Assembly: GCA_022750115.1 (NCBI GenBank) | Contig: JAKIWI010000003.1 | Location: forward strand, 175,948 to 239,947 | Origin: Thermoplasmata archaeon | GTDB lineage: Archaea > Thermoplasmatota > Thermoplasmata > Lutacidiplasmatales > UBA184 | Direction of reading: 5' to 3' | DNA length: 64,000 bases | In this document: piece after piece, positions 26,343 to 37,100 of the stretch | How positions within the stretch are numbered: position 1 is the first letter of the stretch | Layout: each line of letters opens with the position of its first letter | Made by a program: the position numbers and the translations under genes | The notes under the pieces: generated by a model | Told to the model about the DNA's origin: nothing | Databases searched by the model: none | What the model saw: only the letters and a program-made list of their open reading frames with translations

Positions 26343-27917
26343 CTACCCGCCCATTCGTCGGTCGGACTTCCGTCGGCGGCCCTTCGCCGTGGCGGCTCCG
26401 GGCGCGGGCGATGCCGCCACCGGCCGCGGCGCGGGGAGCGGGTTCACCGGCTGACGGATCGTCTCCGAGGTTCCGATCCACCGGACGAGGAGCTCGACGC
26501 CGAGACGATTCGGGTCGGTCACGACCATCGTGCCTTCGAGCGTCCGGGTGATCTCCCTCGCCGCGGCCTCGTACTCCGGATGCTCGGACCGGATCAGGAT
26601 CAGGGAGAACTTCAGGGGACGAACGGTCGCGAGCTCGCGCGCGCGGCCGAGCGCGGCCTCCATCGCCATCGGGAGGTTGCCCGAGCGGACCGAGCCGTCC
26701 GAGTCGGTGTACGCCTCCGGCAGACCGTCGGTGACCAGGTACACCTCGCGCCGGGTCGCGCGCGAGGCGCGCAGGAGGAGGAACGCCGTGCGGAGCGCCT
26801 CCGCCGTGTTCGTGAACGCCCCGGGCGTGCACTCCCACAGCTCGACGAGGTCGAGCAGGTCGACGCGGTTGTCGAACGCGACGACGTCGATCGTGGCGTC
26901 GGGGTGCCGCCGGCGGATTGCCACGTAGAGCGCGAGCAGCGCCTTCTTCGCCGCCGGGAGCTTCTCTCCCTCGGCCATGCTGCCGGAGCGGTCGAACGCG
27001 AGCACGACGTGCACGCGCTCGCTCGTCACCTCCCGATAGACGTAGCTCGTCGATTCGTCGATGTGCCGCAGCCCGGCTTGGCGAGCCGCGAGGATCGAGC
27101 TGGGGAGATCCAGGTGGGCGATCTCCTCCGGTTGACGGAGCCGCGCCTTCTCGTAGACCCCGGTCGACGCACCGCCGGCGAGCGAGAGGCGCGCGTCGGC
27201 GGGGAGCTGGCGGGTCTCCTCCTCGAGCACGAGGCGGGCGAACCGCTCGACGAGGCCGTACGTGACGGCGAGGGTGCCGTCCTTCTCGGTCACGAACCCG
27301 CGCTCCTTCATCTCGCGCTCGAGACGGCGGGACTCGGCGTCGCGGACGCGACCCCGTTCCTCCTCCTCGGCCCTCCGGCGGGCTTCCTCCCGCTCGGCGG
27401 CGAGGGCGCGGCGCTGCTCCTCGGCTTGGCGGCGCTTCTCCTCCGCCTCGCGCCGGAGGTCGCGCTCGCGGGCGCTGAGGGTCTGGTCGACCCGTTCGGT
27501 GAGCTGCTGCCGTTCGTCCGGAGTCAACCGGGCGATCGCCTCCCCGAGGTCCGAGGAACCGATCGACCGACCGCCCTCCCCCAGACGGGCGAAGACCACC
27601 GACCGCGCGCCCCGAACTTTCGGGGCGCGGGTCGGCGTTCGGCCGAACAGCGACCGGAACCAAGCGATGAGGCGAGCGAACCACGCGCGCAGTCGTGCGA
27701 CGAACGAGGGCTTCTCCGGTTGCATCCACGGAGCGTCGGGGAGCAGAAGCGCGCTGCGGACATCGTCGACGAACCCGTCGTCGATCTTCGACCAGTCGAG
27801 CCCCCGGGCGCGGCGACGCCGATCCTCGGCGTTCGCGAGCTCCGCCGCCAGCTCCGCCTCGGTCCTTCGCCGGACCGTCTCGAGCTCGCCCTCGCGCCGG
27901 TCGTACTCGCCCATCAC
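26343..27917 (-). CDS. vWA-domain protein with N-terminal charged coiled-coil region
   Basis: C-terminal VLAFDRSGSM (DxSxS MIDAS) ... DATIDVVAFDNRVD ... TNTAEAL vWA motifs; Arg/Glu-rich helical N-terminus; chosen over overlapping frame 26230..27729. Confidence 0.7.
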   Translation of the reverse strand: MMGEYDRREGELETVRRRTEAELAAELANAEDRRRRARGLDWSKIDDGFVDDVRSALLLPDAPWMQPEKPSFVARLRAWFARLIAWFRSLFGRTPTRAPKVRGARSVVFARLGEGGRSIGSSDLGEAIARLTPDERQQLTERVDQTLSARERDLRREAEEKRRQAEEQRRALAAEREEARRRAEEEERGRVRDAESRRLEREMKERGFVTEKDGTLAVTYGLVERFARLVLEEETRQLPADARLSLAGGASTGVYEKARLRQPEEIAHLDLPSSILAARQAGLRHIDESTSYVYREVTSERVHVVLAFDRSGSMAEGEKLPAAKKALLALYVAIRRRHPDATIDVVAFDNRVDLLDLVELWECTPGAFTNTAEALRTAFLLLRASRATRREVYLVTDGLPEAYTDSDGSVRSGNLPMAMEAALGRARELATVRPLKFSLILIRSEHPEYEAAAREITRTLEGTMVVTDPNRLGVELLVRWIGTSETIRQPVNPLPAPRPVAASPAPGAATAKGRRRKSDRRMGG

Positions 27918-28146
27918 CCGCTGGACGCGCCGCGACGCCTGGCGACGCAGGCGCTCGCGGAGCGCCGCGATCCGCGCGGCGAGCGTGCTGTCGCGGGCCG
28001 CCTGCTCGGCGACGAGCGCCTTCGCGGCGTCGACGCCGCCCTCGGCGAGGGCGCGGACCAGCGCCGCCCGGTCGACGAGGTCGAGGATGTCGGTCGAGCC
28101 GACGTCCTCGGGGAACTGGGTGCAGTCCGGGAGCTCGATCGCGGTC

Positions 28147-29721
28147 TCAGAGGCGGGCGTCGTCGTCCGCGTCCTCTTCCGAGCAGGTGAACAAGGAGTA
28201 CCGCTCGAGAAGCTCGAAGGTCCGGAGGGCGGCGTCGACCGGCCGCAGCCCGGGCGGACGACGGCCCCGCTCGCCGACGTAGGAGGTGAACGCCCGGAAC
28301 TTCGGGAACTCGTTCCCCGGCACGGCGACGGTGTCGACCAGGGCCGGGTCGTTCTTCAGTCGCCGACCCTCGGAGACGACGGCCTCGCCGTCGGACTTGT
28401 TCTGCTTCAGGACGTTGCCGTAGAACCGGCACCAGTAGACGCCGCTCGAGCGCTTCAGCGCCGGCTCCAGATGCTGCTCGACGAACTCGCGCACGCGCCG
28501 CTCGTTCTGGTCGAACGAGTCGCCGCTGCGGGCGCGGATGCGGCCCCGCATGGCGTGGAGAAGTCCCGCCTGGACGTCCTCGACGCCCGCGACCGGGTGG
28601 TCGTGGAGGCTCGCGATGGCGGCGGTACGCGCCGCAATGTCGATGAGCGTCCGGTTCGACCCGACCTCCCCGATGTCGGGGTTGTCGTCGGACGCCTTCT
28701 GGCGCCACGTCTCGATGACGCGCACACCGGCGTCGACGAGGATCTCGGGGACGAAGCTCGTCCCGTCGATCGCGGCGGCCAGCTGCACGATGCGGCGGTT
28801 GGCGGCGTGCGAGGCGTTGTAGGTGACGTGGAGGCTCGTCAGGCGGTCGGAGAGCGGGTCGTTGATGTTGTCGAGGTCCGAGAGGTTCGATGTACCGACG
28901 GCGACGAACATCCCGGGGAAGCTCTCCCGGGACTTGGACGGGGTGACCGTCCCCTCCTGCAGCGCCTGGAGGAGCACGTTCTGCGTTCCGAGCGGGAGCT
29001 TGCCGATCTCGTCGACGAGGAGGAGGCCGCGGTTCGCCTGCAGGAGCTTCCCCGGCTCGAGCACGAGCGGGCTCATCGGGTCGCCGATCTCCTCGAGCCG
29101 TCGGAGGTTGATGTTGCCCGTCAGGTGGTCCGGGAACACTTCGCTGCTCCCCTGCAATCGGGCGAAGCCGTAGCCCTCGCGGAGGCGGACCTGCTCCGCG
29201 GGCACCTTCGTCGGGTCGATGGAGGCCGGGTCGAACGCCGAGACGTCGTTGCCCGGCGCGAACCGGCGGCGGCAGATCGGGCACGGGGGGAACCGCTCCG
29301 CCGCCTTCGGGTCGACGATCGAGAGGGGATGGTCGAGGACGGGGCAGTTCGGGACGACCCAGGCGTCCTTCGGGAACAGTTCCCAGACCTCCTTCGCGAG
29401 GTTCGTCTTGCCGGCGCCGGACGGGCCGAAGAAGAGGACGTGGGACCCAGCGACCAGCGCGGTCGTCAGGTCTTCGTAGGTGTTGGACGGGAGGACCGTC
29501 CGCGGGAACAGCGCCGCGGTCGCTTCCTCGCGGCTCATGCCGCCGCGCCGGCCGGCGTCGAGGCGCCGGAAGATCTCGGTGCGCAGGCGCTCGTTCGGGG
29601 TCTCGACCGCGACGCCCCGCTCCTTCAGCTGCTGGGCCGTCGCCTTCGTCCCGGCCGGGACGGACGACCTCGGGGCGGCACCGCTCGCCGTCGACACGCG
29701 CGGCCGAGCGAGGCACGCCAT
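28147..29721 (-). CDS. AAA+ ATPase (MoxR/ChlI-like clade) with Cys4 zinc-ribbon insertion
   Basis: Walker A GPSGAGKT, Walker B LLLVDEIGKL, sensor-1 VAVGTSN, insert CPVL...CPIC between A and B; chosen over overlapping frame 27914..29716. Confidence 0.75.
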   Translation of the reverse strand: MACLARPRVSTASGAAPRSSVPAGTKATAQQLKERGVAVETPNERLRTEIFRRLDAGRRGGMSREEATAALFPRTVLPSNTYEDLTTALVAGSHVLFFGPSGAGKTNLAKEVWELFPKDAWVVPNCPVLDHPLSIVDPKAAERFPPCPICRRRFAPGNDVSAFDPASIDPTKVPAEQVRLREGYGFARLQGSSEVFPDHLTGNINLRRLEEIGDPMSPLVLEPGKLLQANRGLLLVDEIGKLPLGTQNVLLQALQEGTVTPSKSRESFPGMFVAVGTSNLSDLDNINDPLSDRLTSLHVTYNASHAANRRIVQLAAAIDGTSFVPEILVDAGVRVIETWRQKASDDNPDIGEVGSNRTLIDIAARTAAIASLHDHPVAGVEDVQAGLLHAMRGRIRARSGDSFDQNERRVREFVEQHLEPALKRSSGVYWCRFYGNVLKQNKSDGEAVVSEGRRLKNDPALVDTVAVPGNEFPKFRAFTSYVGERGRRPPGLRPVDAALRTFELLERYSLFTCSEEDADDDARL

Positions 29722-29831
29722 ATGTAATTTGGGGACGCCACCGACGGTGGCGAACCGGTTTTCTCTCGGCGGCGGATCGTCCGCGCCGCCAGCATTAAGT
29801 AGGGAACGCGGGTCGGCGGCCCGCGCGACCG

Positions 29832-30551
29832 ATGGCCGAGAAGGAGGCCCAGCCGAAGAAGACGACGCTCGCCCGGACCGTCAAGGACAAGTGGCGGTCC
29901 AAGCACTGGTTCGTCGTCCGGGCGCCGTCGCTGTTCAACCACGCCGAGATCGGCGAGACGATGGCGAGCGAGCCCGAGCAGATCATCGGCCGGACGCTCG
30001 AGACCACCCTCCAAGAGATCACCGGCGGCGCCGACGTTGGCAAGGCGCACATCAAGCTCAAGTTCCAGATCGAGCGGGTCTCCGGGGAGAAGACCGCCGA
30101 GAGCCGATTCATCGGCCACGAACTCACGACCGATTACGTGCGGCGGCTCGCACGGAGGAAACGGTCCAAGATCGACACCTCGCTGATGGTGACGACGAAG
30201 GACGGGGTCCAGATCATCGTCAAGCCCGTCGCGGTCGGCGAGCAGCGCCTGCAGACACGCCTCCAGGCGGAGCTCCGCCTGCGCCTCCGCTCCCTCCTCA
30301 CCGAGGAGGCCGCGAAGAAGACCGGCGCCGAATTCGTGCGGGAGATGCTGGGCGGCGAGCTGGGCAAGATCCTCGCCCACGGCCTCAAGTCGCTCTATCC
30401 GCTCAAGAAGATCGAGATTCGTCGCTCCGTCGTGCTGGGGACCATCGAGGTCACCGCGCCCGGCGAGCTCGCTTCCGAGGCGGTCGGTGGCCCCACCCCC
30501 GAAGTCCCGATGGCGGTCGAGACGGCCCCGAGCACGCCCGCGGACGCTTGA
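29832..30551 (+). CDS. rps3ae: 30S ribosomal protein S3Ae (eS1)
   Basis: KDKWRSKHWFVVRAPSLFNHAEIGET N-terminus and overall ~240-aa length characteristic of eS1. Confidence 0.85.
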   Translation: MAEKEAQPKKTTLARTVKDKWRSKHWFVVRAPSLFNHAEIGETMASEPEQIIGRTLETTLQEITGGADVGKAHIKLKFQIERVSGEKTAESRFIGHELTTDYVRRLARRKRSKIDTSLMVTTKDGVQIIVKPVAVGEQRLQTRLQAELRLRLRSLLTEEAAKKTGAEFVREMLGGELGKILAHGLKSLYPLKKIEIRRSVVLGTIEVTAPGELASEAVGGPTPEVPMAVETAPSTPADA

Positions 30552-30597
30552 ATCGGAGTCCGGGATGGTCCCCAGGGCCCCCGCCGTTCTCCCCCGT

Positions 30598-30699
30598 GTC
30601 GGGGTGGCTCAGCCTGGTAGAGCACGGGACTCATAGCGGGACGGCCACGCCGTTCCGGGAGAGATCCTGGGGCCGGGGGTTCAAATCCCCCCCCCGACA
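30598..30699 (+). tRNA. tRNA-Met(CAT) with ~28-nt intron after position 37
   Basis: Acceptor GTCGGGG/CCCCGAC, D-arm GCTC-AGCCTGGTA-GAGC, anticodon stem CGGGA/TCCTG, loop CTCATA|intron|A, T-arm GGGGG-TTCAAAT-CCCCC. Confidence 0.7.
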
Positions 30700-30894
30700 C
30701 CCACGGCGGTTTCTTCGTCGAGAGACCGGGCCCGGACGATCGGGAATCCGTCGGGGGAGGAACCAACCGGACGGGCTCCCGGGCCGGGACCTCTCCCGGC
30801 GCCGATACCGACCGCGACCGAGAAACCCTGGGGCGGGCCGGGACACCGATTCTAATAGTTTCCGACTCCATTCTATCCTTGTCCGGCCCGAAAC

Positions 30895-31947
30895 ATGTTC
30901 GCCCATGGCGCCCTCCATTCGGAATCCCGCCTCTGGAACCAGGGAGCCTCCGAGGTTCGCGTCAGTTCGGAGCTCCACTACGGGCGCCCGATCCCTTCGG
31001 TTTGGCGGGACCGGGGCGACCAGCAAAAGACTCGGCAGAACGGGCCGAGAACTTCCGGGGAAGAAAGCAGCGGGCTGGCCGCGAGTTTTCCCCTAATCTT
31101 CTTCGGTGCCGGACTGACGTTCGTGGGTTTCTACCTCCGGTCCGAGGACCCCGGTGCCTACCTCGCGCGGCTCCCGGTATGGGTCCCCTTCCTGCTTCTC
31201 GGGCTCATCGCCCTGGGTGGCGGAATTCTCTCCGTCTTCGCGAGGCCGAGCGACATTCCGGGCACCGTTCGCGACGACGGGCCAGTACGGGACCGCGGTC
31301 CGAGCCGGGACCGCGACCCTCCTGCCATTCCGGCACGACGGTCAACACGGCCAGGGTGGCGATTCGAGAATCCCCCGACACGGTCTCGCTCGCCGGTGAG
31401 CGCCGCACCGGTGGACCGACCCAGCCGACGAGCGTTCGCTCCGGCCGATGGTGCCGGCGGACCAGAATCCCGGCGCGCCGCAAGGCCCGAGGACAACTCC
31501 GGGCCCCAGTTCGATTTCTCGTCCCTGCTCCAGGAGCTCGAATCCATCGATGCCGAACTGCGCGGTGCTCCAGCTGGGCGGCCGCCTTCGCCGCGGAGAC
31601 CTGCCGTCGAATCTCCGGACGATTCCGACGGCGGGCCAGCGGAATCCCTTCCGGAGGGGGCAATCAGCCAGACCAACGAAGCCCCCAGCGTTCCCCGGAT
31701 GGCCCCCAACCGACCCGCGAGGGTGCCCCCACCCCTCCCGAACCTCAACTGCGTCGGGTGTGGTTCGGCAATCACCGAGGTTTCGCCGGGCGCCGTCTGT
31801 GGGGGGTGCGACCAGCCCCTCTGCTCGGAGTGCCGAGGTCGGGCGGAGGCGGAGGGCATGCCAGTTCGGTGTCCGTTCTGTTCCGCACTCGATACCCTCG
31901 ACGCCCCGGCACTGAAGGCCGTGGTCCCCGCGCGCGATCGCCTGTGA
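30895..31947 (+). CDS. membrane protein with C-terminal double zinc-ribbon (4x CxxC)
   Basis: Two TM helices (FPLIFFGAGLTFVGFYL, VWVPFLLLGLIALGGGILSVF), long Pro/Arg-rich linker, C-terminal NCVGCGSAI...CGGCDQPLCSECRG...CPFCSAL. Confidence 0.45.
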   Translation: MFAHGALHSESRLWNQGASEVRVSSELHYGRPIPSVWRDRGDQQKTRQNGPRTSGEESSGLAASFPLIFFGAGLTFVGFYLRSEDPGAYLARLPVWVPFLLLGLIALGGGILSVFARPSDIPGTVRDDGPVRDRGPSRDRDPPAIPARRSTRPGWRFENPPTRSRSPVSAAPVDRPSRRAFAPADGAGGPESRRAARPEDNSGPQFDFSSLLQELESIDAELRGAPAGRPPSPRRPAVESPDDSDGGPAESLPEGAISQTNEAPSVPRMAPNRPARVPPPLPNLNCVGCGSAITEVSPGAVCGGCDQPLCSECRGRAEAEGMPVRCPFCSALDTLDAPALKAVVPARDRL

Positions 31948-32118
31948 CCGGGTGCGGATTCTGTACCGGTTCGACCCTACCCTAGCGTTTTCGTCCCCGC
32001 AGCTCCGACCCGAGCGAGCGCGTGGCCCCGCCGTGGAAGAGCGGCGCGCGACACGGCGCGCGCTGGGTGGAAGAAGGGGTTGGCTGCGGCGGCTAGTTCC
32101 CCCGGGGCTCGTGCGGCC

Positions 32119-32619
32119 CTAGTCCCCCGTAATCCCTACGTTGGAGGTGGTCGAACTCGCGGACGTCCCGACTTCGTAGAACACGTTGGTCGTGATCGCG
32201 TGGGTTACCGTCGTCGTCAGGGAAACGGTGAACAGAACCGGGGCGTTGGTGCCGACCGTCACGGCGAAGTTGTCGATGGGGTTGGCGAAGAGGGCGGTTC
32301 CGGGGAACGTGAGTTCCTCGAACCAGTCCGGAGTGGCAGTCTGGCAAGCCACGGGGCCCGCGACGAACGCGTTGGCCGTCGGGCCGACGGAGGTGACGCT
32401 TCCGCTCGCGGTGCAGGTCGTCGCCGTTGTCCACACCAGATTCACGGTGGGCGTGCCGGTGGCGTACGACGTGCCGGTCGCCGAGGTGACGCTGTAACCG
32501 TTCTGTCCCCCGGTGGTGATGGTGGAAACGAACGACGCCAACGCCAGGCCGCCGACCATGGCGAGCATGACGGCGATCGTCCCGGTGTAGACCGTTCTCC
32601 GGCGCAGTTTCAGTCCCAT
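32119..32619 (-). CDS. small Thr/Ser-rich secreted or pilin-like protein
   Basis: N-term MGLKLRRRTVYTGTIAVMLAMVGGLALA basic stretch then hydrophobic helix; remainder ~35% Thr/Ser; flanked by AT-rich island. Confidence 0.45.
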   Translation of the reverse strand: MGLKLRRRTVYTGTIAVMLAMVGGLALASFVSTITTGGQNGYSVTSATGTSYATGTPTVNLVWTTATTCTASGSVTSVGPTANAFVAGPVACQTATPDWFEELTFPGTALFANPIDNFAVTVGTNAPVLFTVSLTTTVTHAITTNVFYEVGTSASSTTSNVGITGD

Positions 32620-33027
32620 TGTTCTTCCTTAGCACCAGACAGGGGTCCGTGCGAAATAATACTCGATTCGAGTGGTATAAGAATCCCCTAGGCGGAGACG
32701 CACCGTCCCCGAATATCCCCCGACATGGGCGGGCGGCTCCCAGCGCCGTGGACCACCGACGGCGCCCTGGAGCCGGAGAGGTGTCCGGCCCACCTGGAGC
32801 GGACACGATCCGATGGATGGACCTGATCGCACCGGCGATCGTGAGTCGGGCCAAGGAGAGACGTCAGACGACCGTCTCACCCTGTGAGGGAGGCGTCGCC
32901 ACGGAACCACGAATGGCTGCTTTCCGCCGAATCGGTGGAGCGGGATGGCCCCGATCGGCCCGCCGGAGCCGGCCGCAGCACCGACCGGCCTCGAACGCTG
33001 GGTTGCTAGGTGCTTCGACAGCCTAAT

Positions 33028-33072
33028 TAGATTACTAAATGTGTAATGTTTGCACTATTTAGAATACTAAAA
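33028..33072 (+). promoter_or_regulatory. AT-rich promoter island with two 13-bp direct repeats (TAGATTACTAAAT / TAGAATACTAAAA) and TATA-like TTTAGAATA
   Basis: Seen directly in sequence; repeats 32 bp apart; ~50-90 bp upstream of ATG 33124; surrounding DNA is GC-rich. Confidence 0.4.
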
Positions 33073-33123
33073 AGACGACCGCTTATGTAGGGTCCGCCCC
33101 TGGTGGGCCTTGAGTGAGGCCCC

Positions 33124-33837
33124 ATGTTGCTCAACGGAAAGACGGCAGTGATCTACGGCGCCAACAACCCGACCGGAGCATCGGTCGCACGCGCGTTCGC
33201 GAGGGAGGGGGCGACGGTGTACTTGGCCGGTCGCTCGAGGGAGCGGCTGGAGCCGGTGGCCCGCGAGATCGTGGCGGCCGGCGGGGCGGCGGAGTTCGCC
33301 GAAGTCGACCCGCTCGACCTGAAGTCGGTCTCCGACCACCTCCACCAGGTCGCCGTCGATCACGGGACGGTCGACATCAGCCTCAACTTGGCGTTCGTCG
33401 GGATGGAGGGCGCCGCTCGCCTCTGCAACCTCACCCACGAGCAGTTCGACGCCGCGACGTTCACCCGGATTCGCTCGAATTTCGTGACCTCCGCCGCCGC
33501 GGTGAAGGTGATGGCCTACCAGGGCGGGGGAACGATCCTCGCGACCGCCGTGCCCGAGAAGCCCTCCCCCTTCGGCACGTCCGCGGGCCAGGCGATCGGC
33601 AGCGCCGCCATCGGGGCGCTCTGCGAACAGTTGCGCCTCGACGTCGGGTCCTTCGGGGTCCAGATCGTCTACGTACCCGATGTCGCGGCCTCCGAGGAGG
33701 AGCTGATCGAGAAGCTCTTCGTGGTCCTCGCGGGGCGGCCGACCACCTCCCCGTCCCCCAGTGGGATGCTGATGGGGCCCGCTGCCTCGACCGATTCCCC
33801 GCAAACGGAAGCGCCCGCCGGCGCGGCGACCGGCTAG
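33124..33837 (+). CDS. short-chain dehydrogenase/reductase (SDR) family oxidoreductase
   Basis: N-terminal Rossmann KTAVIYGANNPTGASVARAF; ~237 aa. Confidence 0.7.
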   Translation: MLLNGKTAVIYGANNPTGASVARAFAREGATVYLAGRSRERLEPVAREIVAAGGAAEFAEVDPLDLKSVSDHLHQVAVDHGTVDISLNLAFVGMEGAARLCNLTHEQFDAATFTRIRSNFVTSAAAVKVMAYQGGGTILATAVPEKPSPFGTSAGQAIGSAAIGALCEQLRLDVGSFGVQIVYVPDVAASEEELIEKLFVVLAGRPTTSPSPSGMLMGPAASTDSPQTEAPAGAATG

Positions 33838-34110
33838 GCGGGCTGGCACAACGATCGACCCGCGACCGATAGACGGCCCCGCATCCCGAACACGGTCTCT
33901 CGACTCCCTTCCGGGTCGTGGGGCAACCTCTTCCGACCAAGTTCGACCCACCGCTCCGGATCCGAATTTTTCGTCCGAGCAACCCCCGACACGCCAGGTC
34001 GGTTCACCCCCCACGCGCCCCGTAGGTGAGCGTGGGACCACGCGTCCGAGTGCCGTCCGCGTCGCAACGCTGTGACCCCGTCGCTCCGGGCACGACCGGG
34101 TTGGCGGCCG

Positions 34111-37100
34111 ATGCACTCTTTGCTACGGGCCCCTGGCTTCCCCAACGCGATGGGAGCGGCCGGGGCCCGAAGCGATGCCCCGACCTCGGACCTCGCGCGC
34201 TTCCGGCATCGCGGCGTGCTCTGGGCCGTCTTGTTCGTAGCCGCCGCCGGAACGATGGGCCTCCCGGCGGGATTGTCGGGGATCGTGGACGCAACGGCGT
34301 CCGCGAATTCCCTCGCGGGCGTTCCCGTCCCTCCACCCGGCCGCGCTCTCGGCGCACCCCCGTCGGCCATCACCCCCACGCTCCCTTCGGGCGCCGCAGG
34401 TCACGCGGTCGAGTCGATGGCCGCTGCGAGCGCGAACGCCAGCGCGTGGTGGCCGTGTCGGTTGTGCGGGCCTCCCGCGCGAGCCAACTTCACGCTCGTC
34501 TCCGACCCGCGGAACGGGGAGCTCGTCCTCCAGGGCGGGTACGCTAGGGCGACCGGCTACTCGCCAGATGTCTGGACGTCCCGCAACGGCCACTGGACCG
34601 AGTCGTTCGCCTACCCGAACATCGGTCGTCGGCAAGGCGCGGCGGCGGCCTACGATCCCGCCATCGGTGAGACGGTCCTCTTTGGTGGGCTCTACGGATG
34701 GGACTACAGCGACACTTGGCTGTTCGACGGCACCAACTGGACCCAGCCGGCGTGCTCCTCGACCTGCCCGCCCCCCGCGCGGTTCGGGGCGAGCATGGCG
34801 TACGACGCTCAGGACCAGTACCTGCTGATGTTCGGTGGTCGCGCCTGCGTCGATTTCTCGTGTCCCCTCAACTCGAGCTTGTCCAACGACTCGTGGATGT
34901 ACCGCGCCGGCGCCTGGACGCAGCTCGCGCCGCCCGTCTCCCCCTCGCCCCGGGCGTGGGCGTCCATGGTCTACGATGCCCGCGACGGCTACGTGGTCCT
35001 GTTCGGCGGAGAGAACGGCGGCCTCCTTTCCGATACGTGGACCTTCCGATCCGGAATCTGGACCAATGTCACCTCACTCGCCGGAGGGGCACCCGCCGCT
35101 CGGGCGTACGCCAGCGCCACCTACGACCCGATCGGGGGGCGGGTCGTCCTCTTCGGCGGCCGGACCGCCATCGGCCCCACCAATGACCTCTGGCAGTTTG
35201 CCGGGGCCGCATGGAATCCTCTACCGGTCCTGCCCGGTCCGATTCCGGCACCTCGAACCGGTGCGGGACTGGCGTACGACCCTACCGCCGGGGACCTGGT
35301 TCTGGTGGGCGGCGCCGCCGGAGGGGGCGCCAAGGATCTCGGAGACTTCTGGGAGCTTCGGGGGGATCGATGGACCGTGTCCCCGGTCCACCAGTCGGCC
35401 TCCAGCGGCCAGGTGATCGCCTACGACGCCAAGGACCACGAGCAGGTCCTCTTCGGGGGTGGCACGATCGGCCTGCTCGGGGACGCGACTTGGAGGTTCC
35501 AAAACGGGGCCTGGAAGGACATCTCGAACCTGAGCCCCACACTCCCGAACCCTCGATTCTCCACCCAAATGACCTACGACGCCCGGGACGGCTACGTGCT
35601 CCTGTTCGGGGGGTACGGCTGCTTTTCTCCGGGCTGCACCGGCGGCATCTTTGGGCAGGGCCCGCTCAACGACACCTGGTCGTTCTCGGGGGGAAACTGG
35701 TCCCCGATCACGACTCCCGTCGCTCCCCCGACGACCGAAAACGGCGGGTTGACCTACGACTCGACGGACCAGGAGGTGGTTCTCCTGACCGAGTGCTCGT
35801 GCAGCGTTTCCTCACCGGTCACGGAGACCTGGACGTACGCGGCCGGGGTCTGGACGAACGTGACCGCCAACCAATCCGTCCAACCCTCGTTCGGCAGCGG
35901 GGGTGTTTCCATCGCGGACTCCCCGTGGGACAAGGGTGTCATCCTGTTCGGCGGTCAAGGGTTCAACTCGACCTGGCTGTTCTCCAACGGAAGTTGGAGC
36001 AATATCACGGGTACCGTCGGTCCGGGTCCGGCCTCCCGGTACGACGCGGGCTTCGCGTTGGATTCGACGGAGGGCTCCCCGGTGCTCTTCGGCGGGTTCC
36101 TTCAACCCGTGTGCTCGACCTGCTTGCCGACCGTGAACGACACGTGGGTGTTCCATCACGGCAGGTGGGTCAACGCGTCGGGCGGTTGGGCTCCCACTCC
36201 GCGCGGCACCGGTCAGGTGGCGGACGACCCGGCCGACCGCGGCGCCCTGCTATGGGGCGAATCCGGGGGACTGAACGCCGCCGACACTTGGTGGTACGGC
36301 CCCCCGCCGAACCTGACGGTCGACCCCCGGGCTTCGCCCCCGGTGGTCGATGCCTCGCTGCCGGTCCAGCTCTTCGCGGGGGAGTCGGGGGGAGTTCCGC
36401 CCTACCTGCTCAATTGGACCCAAGGAAACCGAACCTTGGGCTCGACACCCACGCTGACGGAGCAGTTCGGAGCCCCCGGGCACTACGTCGTCGGGATCAA
36501 CGCCTCCGACCGCAACAACCACTCGGCGAACGCAACGACCTCCGTCGACCTCGTCGCCAACCTGACCGAGACCGCCAACGCCTCGTCGACTCAAGACGCG
36601 GCGGGCGTCGCGATCCAGTTCGCGGGGTCCCACAACGGCGGCGTGGCGCCGTTCCTGACGATCTGGCGCTTCGGGGACGGTGCCTGGAGCAACCGCTCGA
36701 ATTGCTCGCACGTTTTCCAAACGTCCGGCTCGTACACCGTCTGGTTCTGGACGAACGACAGCGCCGGCGCCTCCGTCGGCACGCCCATCGCGCTGACCGT
36801 GACTGCGGCCATCTCCACCGCCGTCACGGAGTCGGCGAACGTCACGGATGTCGGAGTGGCGGTCGTCTTCAACGCGACCGCGATGGGCGGCGTGCCCCCG
36901 ATCCAGTCCTCGTGGAATTTCGGAGACGGCGCGACCGCGATCGGTCCATCGGCATCGCACATCTTTCTCGCCCCCGGACACTACGTCGTGCAGTCCTGGG
37001 CGAACGACAGCGTCGGCGGCTCCGTGACGGCGTCGATCGCCCTGACGGTGAATGCTCGACCCGTCGTCTCTCTGGTGAGCAGCGGACCGCTCGACCTGGG

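Noticed and set aside
27914-29716. 600-aa minus-strand ORF in an alternative frame to the AAA+ gene
   Set aside because: Same strand but a different frame. It lacks Walker motifs, while the 28147..29721 frame has Walker A/B, sensor 1 and Cys4.
25224-29727. Plus-strand ORFs 25224..28190 (988 aa) and 27262..29727 (821 aa)
   Set aside because: Antisense to the vWA and AAA+ genes. Ser/Arg/Pro-rich with no domain signatures.
30597-30703. tRNA-Met acceptor-stem ambiguity (U1-A72 with encoded CCA versus G1-C72 with CCCA tail)
   Set aside because: Cannot be resolved by eye. The call with U8 conserved (start 30598) was kept. The alternative shifts coordinates by one nucleotide only.
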